From positions 66,457-130,456 of the forward strand of contig CAKUVI010000002.1 in NCBI GenBank assembly GCA_934699095.1: a stretch of 64,000 nt of DNA. The letters are read 5' to 3'. The stretch is from an uncultured Bacteroidales bacterium. GTDB lineage: Bacteria; Bacteroidota; Bacteroidia; Bacteroidales; WCHB1-69. Positions 56,616 to 64,000 of this stretch are shown one piece after another. Numbering within the stretch: the first letter of the stretch is position 1; each line of letters starts with the position of its first letter. A program made the translations under genes and the position numbers. A model generated the notes under the pieces. It made no database searches. It was not told the origin of the DNA and worked only from the letters and a program-made list of their open reading frames with translations.

Positions 56616-58259
56616 TTACCAGAACACCGCGTAAATCACCACCAAAAGCACCAGGATAGCATAGGCGGCAATATGAAAATCGCGTTTTGTCTGGAACATG
56701 TCGGCGGTGAGTGTAATGCCTCTCGGGTCGTCAGCGCCCTCGCAAGTGCAAAGGCTAACCATCACGATGATTGCCATTGTGAGAATGCAGGTGTAGAACA
56801 TCTGGTCGATGAAGGGCATGTTGATAGGCAAGAACTTGAGCGCCAATGCGATAGGAATCGACAACAACACACCTGTGACGGCCCCTTTGTTAGTGGTCTT
56901 CTTCCAGAAAAGACCTAACAGAAACAGTGCGAGGATACCTGGGCTCACTAATCCGGTGTATTCCTGAATGTATTGGAACATCTGTCCCACACTGCCGAGC
57001 AGCGGGGCGATGAGGATGGCGATGACGAGGAAAAGGGCTGCGGAAATCTGTCCCACGAGCACCAAACTTACATCCTTCCCTGTCTTTTCTTTCACTTTCG
57101 GTGCTATATATGGCTTGTAGATGTCCATGGTATAGATAGTGGAGGCGGAATTGAGCATGGAGGCGAGCGAAGAGACGATTGCGGCGGCCAGTGCGGCGAG
57201 CACCAATCCTTTGAGCCCCGTAGGGATGAAGGTGCTGATGAGCCAAGGGTAGGCGTTGTCGTTGTTGAGGGCGCCGTTGGCCTTGGTAAGCGCCTCCACA
57301 GCTCCGAAGTTGCCCTCAGTGTACATTACATAGGCAACGATGCCGGGGATGACCACGATGAAGGGTATGAGCATTTTGAGGAATGCCGCGAACGCCAGTC
57401 CCTTCTGCGCTTCCTTAAGAGATTTGGCCGCAAATGCACGCTGGATGATGTATTGGTTGAACCCCCAGTAATAGAGGTTTGCAACCCACAATCCACCGAT
57501 GAGCATCGCAATGCCGGGCAGGTTGTGATATTCGGGATGGCCTTGAGGCAGGATCAGATGCATGCGGTCACCGGCCGCCTCGGTGAGATGGCGGATACCG
57601 TGCGTGATTGTGCCGTCAGGACTGATGACATGCAACGCTACCACGGTCGTGATCAGACCGCCTAACACGAGCAAGACCACCTGCAGTATGTCGGTCCAGG
57701 CCACCGAAGAGAGACCGCCGGTGATGGAATAGAGGGCAGCTACAAGTCCCAGCCCGATAATGGCGGGCATGATGAGCGTGCCGTCTCCGGTGCCGATGAT
57801 GGTGTCGATGGCCTTAGCACCGAGGAAGAGCACGGAGGTGAGGTTTACAAAGATGAAAAGACCTAACCAGAAGACCGCCAAGATGGTCTTGAGTTGCCGC
57901 GAATAGCGCTTCTCCACAAATTCAGGGATGGTGTATATGCCTTGTTTTACAAATATGGGCATGAAGAATTTGGCCACGATGATGAGTGTGAGCGCAGCCA
58001 TGAACTCGTAGGAGGCCACGGCGAAGCCGCCAGCGAAACCTGAACCCGACATGCCGATGAACTGCTCCGCGGAGATGTTGGCGGCAATCAATGACGCCCC
58101 AATAGTCCACCAAGGCAGCGACTTGCCCGCCAGAAAATAGTCCTCGGCAGTCTTGTCCTTGTTCTTCTTGCGGTGTGAAATCCAAATGCCCAACCCGACG
58201 ATAACGATCAGATATAAGGCGAAAATGACAATGTCAACAATGTGGAAAGCAGGGTTCAT
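56616..58259 (-). CDS. sodium/sugar (SGLT-type, SSS family) symporter, probably galactose/glucose
   Basis: 547 aa with 14 TM helices and SSF motifs (YFLAGKSLPWW, GGLSSVAWTDILQ). Lies downstream of galK on the same strand. Confidence 0.8.
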   Translation of the reverse strand: MNPAFHIVDIVIFALYLIVIVGLGIWISHRKKNKDKTAEDYFLAGKSLPWWTIGASLIAANISAEQFIGMSGSGFAGGFAVASYEFMAALTLIIVAKFFMPIFVKQGIYTIPEFVEKRYSRQLKTILAVFWLGLFIFVNLTSVLFLGAKAIDTIIGTGDGTLIMPAIIGLGLVAALYSITGGLSSVAWTDILQVVLLVLGGLITTVVALHVISPDGTITHGIRHLTEAAGDRMHLILPQGHPEYHNLPGIAMLIGGLWVANLYYWGFNQYIIQRAFAAKSLKEAQKGLAFAAFLKMLIPFIVVIPGIVAYVMYTEGNFGAVEALTKANGALNNDNAYPWLISTFIPTGLKGLVLAALAAAIVSSLASMLNSASTIYTMDIYKPYIAPKVKEKTGKDVSLVLVGQISAALFLVIAILIAPLLGSVGQMFQYIQEYTGLVSPGILALFLLGLFWKKTTNKGAVTGVLLSIPIALALKFLPINMPFIDQMFYTCILTMAIIVMVSLCTCEGADDPRGITLTADMFQTKRDFHIAAYAILVLLVVIYAVFW

Positions 58260-58340
58260 CCTTTTGTGATTTTAATTAGAGGGCAAAAGTACAATTTTTT
58301 ATGAGGCAATGACAACCTTTTGAACCCCGCCGTACAAGAT

Positions 58341-58367
58341 AAAAAATCTCCATTTCGGAGATTTTTA
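58341..58367 (-). terminator. hairpin AAAAATCTCC-ATTTC-GGAGATTTTT between galK and the symporter
   Basis: Perfect symmetric stem with A and T runs on both sides. It could attenuate or terminate galK transcription. Confidence 0.55.
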
Positions 58368-58550
58368 TAAAGCGCAACTTATCACGCTACTGTATTAACA
58401 CATTGAGCGTGCGTTCATATGTGTCTGTACATGATACTTTTAACTTGTAATAGTCGCCAACTTGGTATATTGAGTCACTAAACAACATTTTAAATTCTGC
58501 AACCTCGCGTAAACCAGTGTATTCGTCATCATACAGAGGTTGTGATAAAC

Positions 58551-59684
58551 CTACAAGAACATAGTATCATGAATACCTATATTCCGGGCGCCGTTGCTAA
58601 TCTCCGCCACGTAGAAATCGGCATGTAGGCCGAAATGATCTCCGTAGGCCTTGCCGATGGTTTCGATAAATGCGCCCACCTGATTTTCATCGATCAGCGT
58701 GACAGTACATCCGCCGAAGCCTGCGCCGGTCATGCGGCTGCCGAGTACGCCTGGGAACGACTGTGCATTCTCGGCGAGGAAATCCGACTCTGGGCAGGTG
58801 ACCTCATAGTCGTCGCGCAGGGTGGCGTGCGAGGCGTTCATCAGTTGCCCGAAACGGATCATGTCGCCTGCCTTTAGCGCGGTGATGGCTTCGCGCACGT
58901 TCTCATTCTCGCGCACCGCGTGACGGGCCCGCTTGAGCACATCACCCGTAAGATACTGAGACACAGTGTCGAATTGCTTCATCGTGAGTTGGCATAGAAA
59001 ATCCGCATGCCTATGTTCTCGGATAATATCCAACGCCTGTTGGCATTCGCTGCGACGCTGGTTGTAGGCCGAATCCACCAATCCTCGTTTCTTGTTGGTG
59101 TTGGCGATGACAAATTTCAGTCCGTCCATCTTCAACGGTACATGCTCGTACTTCAACGTGTTGCAGTCCAATGCAACGGCGCAGTTTGCCTTTCCGAAGC
59201 CCGACGCAAACTGGTCCATGATGCCGCAGTTCATGCCCACAAAGTTGTTTTCCGCATGTTGTGCCATCTTCACGAGTTCCAGCATTGTGAAAGGATGACC
59301 GTGTATGGCATTGAGGGCCACCGCGGTTACCATTTCGATGGACGCGGACGATGACAGCGCCGCTCCGATTGGCAGATCACCGTTATAGTGAAAATGCAAG
59401 CCTTTCACACGAAATCCTCTGTCAGTGAACTCTTTGACTACGCCAAGAGGGTAATCTACCCAGCTGTCGCGCTTCTGCAGCATATCTTCTTCACGGATTT
59501 TAAATTCCACAGGATTGTTTTCTGAAATAAAATGGCAGGAATTAGAGTCATCAAGTTGTCTTACAGTAAGATATGTGCCCATATTGAGAGCGGCGGGGAA
59601 AACGAGCCCGCCGTTGTAGTCGGTGTGGTCACCGATGAGATTAACACGCCCTGGGGCGAAAAAACGCATCGTTAGTTGCTGCAT
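58551..59684 (-). CDS. galK: galactokinase
   Basis: GRVNLIGDHTDYNGG signature and GHMP kinase motif (PIGAALSSSAS). Start preferred at MQQLT. Confidence 0.92.
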   Translation of the reverse strand: MQQLTMRFFAPGRVNLIGDHTDYNGGLVFPAALNMGTYLTVRQLDDSNSCHFISENNPVEFKIREEDMLQKRDSWVDYPLGVVKEFTDRGFRVKGLHFHYNGDLPIGAALSSSASIEMVTAVALNAIHGHPFTMLELVKMAQHAENNFVGMNCGIMDQFASGFGKANCAVALDCNTLKYEHVPLKMDGLKFVIANTNKKRGLVDSAYNQRRSECQQALDIIREHRHADFLCQLTMKQFDTVSQYLTGDVLKRARHAVRENENVREAITALKAGDMIRFGQLMNASHATLRDDYEVTCPESDFLAENAQSFPGVLGSRMTGAGFGGCTVTLIDENQVGAFIETIGKAYGDHFGLHADFYVAEISNGARNIGIHDTMFL

Positions 59685-59758
59685 GATTGTGAATTTTGGG
59701 TGCAAAGTTAAGATTTTTTTGACAAACAGTGGGCAATTGGGCGTAAGTCGATGTGTGC

Positions 59759-60871
59759 TTAATGTTTTTTGCCCAGGAATTCGTCATCGGTCAACGTCAG
59801 CAAGAACGCCTTCAGGTCGGCAATGTCGGAAGGCGTGAGGTGGGCGCCGCCGTCGTTGAGCTTGTGCATGAGAGGACTGGCATAGGGGGATGGCTGCAGC
59901 CCCGAGTTGTAAAACTCGAGCACTTCGTCTATTGTCTTGAAACGTCCGTCGTGGAAGTATGGCGCCGACACCGCAACGTTGCGCAGGGATGGTGCTCTGT
60001 AGGCGCCCTTGTCTGTGACATCCCCGCTGACTGAATATCTGTCGTGAGGGTCTGAGGGGGTAGCGTCTGCAGCATTGTTGTAGAAGAGGTTTGTGGTGAA
60101 CAGCGGCGTGCCGTCGCCGCCATGACAATGGTAACAGTCGGCGCCCTCTTCCGTGGAGAAGAGTATCAACCCGTGTAACTCCTGCGCCGTAAGTTGCTCC
60201 TTGCCTGCCAAATACCTGTCGAATTTGGAGTCTGCCGAGACTAACGACCTTATGTATTGTGCTATGGCTTTCTGTATCCTGTCTATGGTTATTTCCTTTG
60301 TGCCGAAGGCCTTCTCGAAGAGAGGAGGGTATTTCTTGTTGGCCCTGACAGCCACCACTGCGCGCTCGGCGGTGCCGCACATCTCGTCGTCAGCTGTGAT
60401 GGCCATGAGCACGATGTCCTCAATGTTTCTCCTGTTCAGTTCAGGGTTGTCGTGTGAGATATGGCCGTTCCAGAAATATCCGCTGTTGTTGAACACCAAG
60501 TTGGCGAGCGGCATCACGTTGTGCGCTGTTGGCTTGCCAGTGGAGCGGCCGCGCGCCACGCCGTCGGGGAAGCGGCTGTTGTCTGTGCCAATGTCGTAGT
60601 TGTTCTGCTGTCGGTGGCAGGTTGCGCAGCTCATCAGCGAGTCGGGATCAGAGCCAATATAACCGCACAGGTGAGGATCCTCGAACAACATCTTCCCCAA
60701 TGCCACGCCCTCTACCGTCATCGGATTGTCGGCGGGGATGTTCAGAAGAGTGGGAAAGCCTTTGGGTATCTTCAGATCCAAAGGCGTAGGCTTCTCGATC
60801 CTGTCATTACACGATGAAAGACACACAACAACACAGAAGCAAACGCATAGGACTGCGCTAATACGGTTCAT
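59759..60871 (-). CDS. di-haem cytochrome c peroxidase (CcpA/MauG family) lipoprotein
   Basis: Two CxxCH sites (CATCH, CYHCH). Lipoprotein signal MNRISAVLCVCFCVVVCLSSC. The longer ORF to 60913 would overlap parC. Confidence 0.85.
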   Translation of the reverse strand: MNRISAVLCVCFCVVVCLSSCNDRIEKPTPLDLKIPKGFPTLLNIPADNPMTVEGVALGKMLFEDPHLCGYIGSDPDSLMSCATCHRQQNNYDIGTDNSRFPDGVARGRSTGKPTAHNVMPLANLVFNNSGYFWNGHISHDNPELNRRNIEDIVLMAITADDEMCGTAERAVVAVRANKKYPPLFEKAFGTKEITIDRIQKAIAQYIRSLVSADSKFDRYLAGKEQLTAQELHGLILFSTEEGADCYHCHGGDGTPLFTTNLFYNNAADATPSDPHDRYSVSGDVTDKGAYRAPSLRNVAVSAPYFHDGRFKTIDEVLEFYNSGLQPSPYASPLMHKLNDGGAHLTPSDIADLKAFLLTLTDDEFLGKKH

Positions 60872-60902
60872 GACCGCAAGCAGACAGGCGGTATATTTGG
60901 CT

Positions 60903-63668
60903 CTATTCATCAAAGAGTCCTAACTGAGTCCCGTTCGTGTCAGGGTCTGGCTCACTCGCTTCCGAATCGGATGATATGGTGTCGAAGATGTCCTTTGCGA
61001 TCTCTTCGTCCACAGAGATGTTTGCATCTGTTGGCTCAACGGCTTCTTCAACCTCTTCCTCCGGTTCGCTGTATGGAAGCGGCTGGATGAATCTTACTGA
61101 TTTTATGTCGTTGAATGCGAGACGTTTGCCTTTGGCACGGGCGGTTGATAAATCAACGAACTCGGCGCAGGAGATCACTGCCTCGGTGTCCACGTCGGAT
61201 TTCTTTTCCCTATAGGTTACGCAGATCTGCGGCAGATAGTCGATGGAGTAGGCCACGAGCTTGGTGGTGGTATCAACAGGGTAGAAGTCAACCTTTTTTA
61301 TCAGGATGTCGGGCTTGAAACGCTTGATGAAGTACTTCTTCTCCTTTTTGATCATATACACTGCTGTCATGACCATAGATGGCTTCCATTTCCTGATGAT
61401 GTCGAGGTCGTCTTCGAAATGGAGGGATGTTTCGTAGCCGGTGATGCGGTAATTGCCTGATTTGTAAACGGTCAGTATCTTGTCGTCTTCGTGGAATGAG
61501 TCGATGAGTGTGCCGCGGCCTTCGGTGTTGAGCTTCATCACGGCCTCTTCGAAATAGACGTCTATGGCGCTGAGTGTTGAGATGCCTTTCTGAGTGAGGC
61601 TAATGGAAGAGATAGGATAGCGTGTGACTATATTGCCGAGAGCTCCCCTGTTTTTCACCGCAAGTTGTCCGAAGTCGAAGTCGAACTCGCGTTTTTTGAG
61701 CTTAGGCTTAGGTTTAAGTTTGATTTTCACGACTTCCGCCTCGCCGTTTGGGTTGGAGGTGAGGTAGAGGACTTTGGCGGTGGCGTTGCCTTTCACGAGG
61801 TCATAGTTCTTGTCGCGTGTCACGCCGCCCACGTTGAAGCGCTTGGCATACACCGGGCCGTTGGCGCCAGCGGTGTATATCATGTTGTATATCTGGCGTT
61901 CGTCACCGCGGCGGAACACCTCGGCCAGGATTATGTTCTTGCCCACGAAGTGCTTGTCGGAGACTTTGCTGATTGAGCACTGTCCGTTCTCGTTGAAGAC
62001 GATTATCTCGTCGAGGTCGGAGCACATGCATGCCAGCTCCACATCGTCGTCTTTCTTGAGGTTTGTTCCGATGAAGCCCTCCTTCTTGTTCACGAACAGT
62101 TTCTGGTTGGCTACAGCCACGTTGACCGCGCTTATGGTGTCGAAGCTCTTGATTTCGGTGAGGCGCTTCCAGTTGGCACCGTACTTTTTCTTGAGTTGCA
62201 GGAAGTAGTTGATGGCATAGTCGATGAGGTGGTCGAGGTGGTTCTGTACCTCGTCGATGTTGAGCTCTATGTCGTTGATTTTCTCCTCGGCGGCCTTGAT
62301 GTCGAATTTGGAGATCTTGCGCACTGGCTTCTCGCAGAGCGCGAGAACGTCGTCGCGTGTGATCTCCTTGCGGAAAAGCTTCCTGTACGGGTCGAATGCC
62401 CTCTCAATGCGGTCGATCTGGGCATCCCAGGATTCAGCCTCCTTTTCAAGTTCCTTATATATGCGCTTCTCGAAGAAGATTTTCTCGAGAGATGTCTTAT
62501 GCCATTGGTTCTGAAGGTCTTCCAGCTCGATGACGAGCTCTTTGCGGAGAAGTTCCACCGTGTTCTCGGTGCTGATTCTGAGTATCTCCTTGACGTCGGT
62601 GAAGCGCGGCTTGCCGTTCCAGATGACGCAGGCGTTCATCGAGTAGGTTATTTCGCAGTCTGTGAAGGCGTACAATGCGTCGATTGTCTGGTCGGGTGAG
62701 ACGCCAGGCATCAGATGGAGGTAAATCTCTGCCTGCTGCGCTGTGTTGTCGTCTATCTTCTTGATTTTGAGTTTGCCGTCCTCGATGGCCTTGGTGATGG
62801 AGTTCTTCGATTCGGTGATAAGGTCATCGGTGGTTGTGCCGTATGGGATCTCGGTGATTACCAGGGTTTTGTTGTCCTGGATCTTGATTTTCGCGCGCAC
62901 ACGGATTTTTCCGCCCTGCGCCCCGTTGTTGTACCTGCTGACGTCAACAGCACCGCCGGTCGGGAAGTCTGGATATATCTCGAAATCCTCGTTCTTGAGT
63001 ATTTTGATTGAAGCGTCTATCAGTTCGTTGAAGTTGTGTGGCATGATCAGGGTTGACATGCCCACGCCTATGCCCTTAACTCCCTGTGCCAGCAGGAGCG
63101 GGAACTTTACGGGAAGGGTTATCGGTTCCCGGTTGCGGCCGTCGTATGAGACCTGCCATTCTGTGGTCTGGTGGTTGAAAACGACCTCTTTGGCGAATGG
63201 GGTGAGACGGGCCTCTATGTAACGCGCCGCCGCCGCTGAGTCGCCCGTGATTATGTTTCCCCAGTTGCCCTGTGTGTCAATGAGGAGATGCTTCTGGCCG
63301 AGCTGCACCAACGCGGCCGATATCGACTGGTCGCCGTGGGGATGGTACTTCATGGTGTTGCCGACAATGTGGGCCACCTTGTTGAAACGTCCGTCCTCAA
63401 GCTCGTCCATCGAATGCAAAATCCTGCGCTGCACGGGCTTCAGACCGTCGTTCACGTCAGGAAATGCACGGTCCAGGATTACATACGAAGCGTAGTCCAG
63501 ATACCACTCGCGGTACATAGACTGGGCAAATATGACCTTGTGGAGACCCGATTCGTCCTGCGTCTCCATCTCATCCGATTCGTCAGGTATCACAATGTCC
63601 GCCCCGGAACCCTCGTCCATCTCTTCCATTTCATCATTGATTTCGTCTTCTCTGTTATCTTCTGCCAT
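60903..63668 (-). CDS. parC: DNA topoisomerase IV subunit A (GyrA/ParC family)
   Basis: DGLKPVQRRILHSM, the active-site region AAARYIEARL and HPHGD are present. No GyrA box. There is an acidic N-terminal extension. Start at MAEDN (63668). Confidence 0.8.
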   Translation of the reverse strand: MAEDNREDEINDEMEEMDEGSGADIVIPDESDEMETQDESGLHKVIFAQSMYREWYLDYASYVILDRAFPDVNDGLKPVQRRILHSMDELEDGRFNKVAHIVGNTMKYHPHGDQSISAALVQLGQKHLLIDTQGNWGNIITGDSAAAARYIEARLTPFAKEVVFNHQTTEWQVSYDGRNREPITLPVKFPLLLAQGVKGIGVGMSTLIMPHNFNELIDASIKILKNEDFEIYPDFPTGGAVDVSRYNNGAQGGKIRVRAKIKIQDNKTLVITEIPYGTTTDDLITESKNSITKAIEDGKLKIKKIDDNTAQQAEIYLHLMPGVSPDQTIDALYAFTDCEITYSMNACVIWNGKPRFTDVKEILRISTENTVELLRKELVIELEDLQNQWHKTSLEKIFFEKRIYKELEKEAESWDAQIDRIERAFDPYRKLFRKEITRDDVLALCEKPVRKISKFDIKAAEEKINDIELNIDEVQNHLDHLIDYAINYFLQLKKKYGANWKRLTEIKSFDTISAVNVAVANQKLFVNKKEGFIGTNLKKDDDVELACMCSDLDEIIVFNENGQCSISKVSDKHFVGKNIILAEVFRRGDERQIYNMIYTAGANGPVYAKRFNVGGVTRDKNYDLVKGNATAKVLYLTSNPNGEAEVVKIKLKPKPKLKKREFDFDFGQLAVKNRGALGNIVTRYPISSISLTQKGISTLSAIDVYFEEAVMKLNTEGRGTLIDSFHEDDKILTVYKSGNYRITGYETSLHFEDDLDIIRKWKPSMVMTAVYMIKKEKKYFIKRFKPDILIKKVDFYPVDTTTKLVAYSIDYLPQICVTYREKKSDVDTEAVISCAEFVDLSTARAKGKRLAFNDIKSVRFIQPLPYSEPEEEVEEAVEPTDANISVDEEIAKDIFDTISSDSEASEPDPDTNGTQLGLFDE

Positions 63669-63818
63669 TGTACGTTTTTTTTCTGAGCGGCAAAGATACA
63701 AAAATCTGACAAAGCCTTTCGAGTTCAAAGTATTTTTTGTATCTTCGCGGCGCGAATCTGAAATCGTTCCGAAATCTTTTTTCGCTTGTTAAAGAATAAC
63801 TTAGATAAAGACAGATAA

Positions 63819-64000
63819 ATGAAAAAAATTCTCACATTAGGATTAACATTGATGCTTGTAAGCGTCATGTTCTCCGCAAAATCACAGACAGAAATGACAA
63901 AAGAACAAAAATTAAGTTATGCTCTTGGTGCCAATTTCGCCAACCAGCTCAAACATGACGATGTGAAAATCGACTATGAATCCTTTTTGCAAGGAATGAA
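63819..64000 (+). CDS. FKBP-type peptidyl-prolyl isomerase, N-terminal (Mip-like) part, 3' end cut by window edge
   Basis: Signal peptide MKKILTLGLTLMLVSVMFSA followed by an FKBP_N-like KLSYALGANFANQLK segment. The frame remains open to the window end. Confidence 0.55.
   Translation, partial: MKKILTLGLTLMLVSVMFSAKSQTEMTKEQKLSYALGANFANQLKHDDVKIDYESFLQGM

Overview
This window looks like a Bacteroidota (Bacteroidales-type) chromosomal segment. The evidence is a PorX-type regulator, an HU/SPOR protein, patatin-Omp85 and PorT-like outer-membrane proteins, and TAnnTTTG -7 promoter boxes in front of many genes. It is densely coding and mostly housekeeping: about 58 CDS, 2 tRNAs (Ala-GGC, Pro-GGG) and a 4.5S/SRP RNA. 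I found no CRISPR array, integrase, transposase, toxin-antitoxin pair or recognisable defence island. Recognisable genes include ftsH, cdsA, porX, rfbA, a His-rich COG0523 GTPase, rpsL-rpsG-fusA-rpsJ, kamA, kdsA, kdsB, hutU, trxB, sufB, a stand-alone riboflavin kinase, mnmE, speB, holB, pssA, aqpZ, pgi, cutC, ansA, lpdA, prs, galK with a Na+/sugar symporter, a di-haem peroxidase and parC. Four things are worth a second look. (1) The rpsL-rpsG-fusA-rpsJ module looks divergent and ends in a terminator, a tRNA and kamA instead of continuing into rplC, so it may be an alternative translation module. (2) Two ORF-free regions of about 0.9 kb (24.46-25.38 kb and 55.74-56.62 kb) carry a repeat family. 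It includes a 59-nt two-stem element whose four copies show compensatory stem changes, and a composite repeat of about 230 bp present in inverted orientation 31 kb apart. (3) A PHP-DRTGG-GHKL regulatory triad sits with no obvious target genes. (4) A lone sufB is translationally coupled to a monofunctional riboflavin kinase and an LRR protein. All product names come from motif recognition by eye. No database search was possible, so paralogy and copy-number statements are hypotheses.
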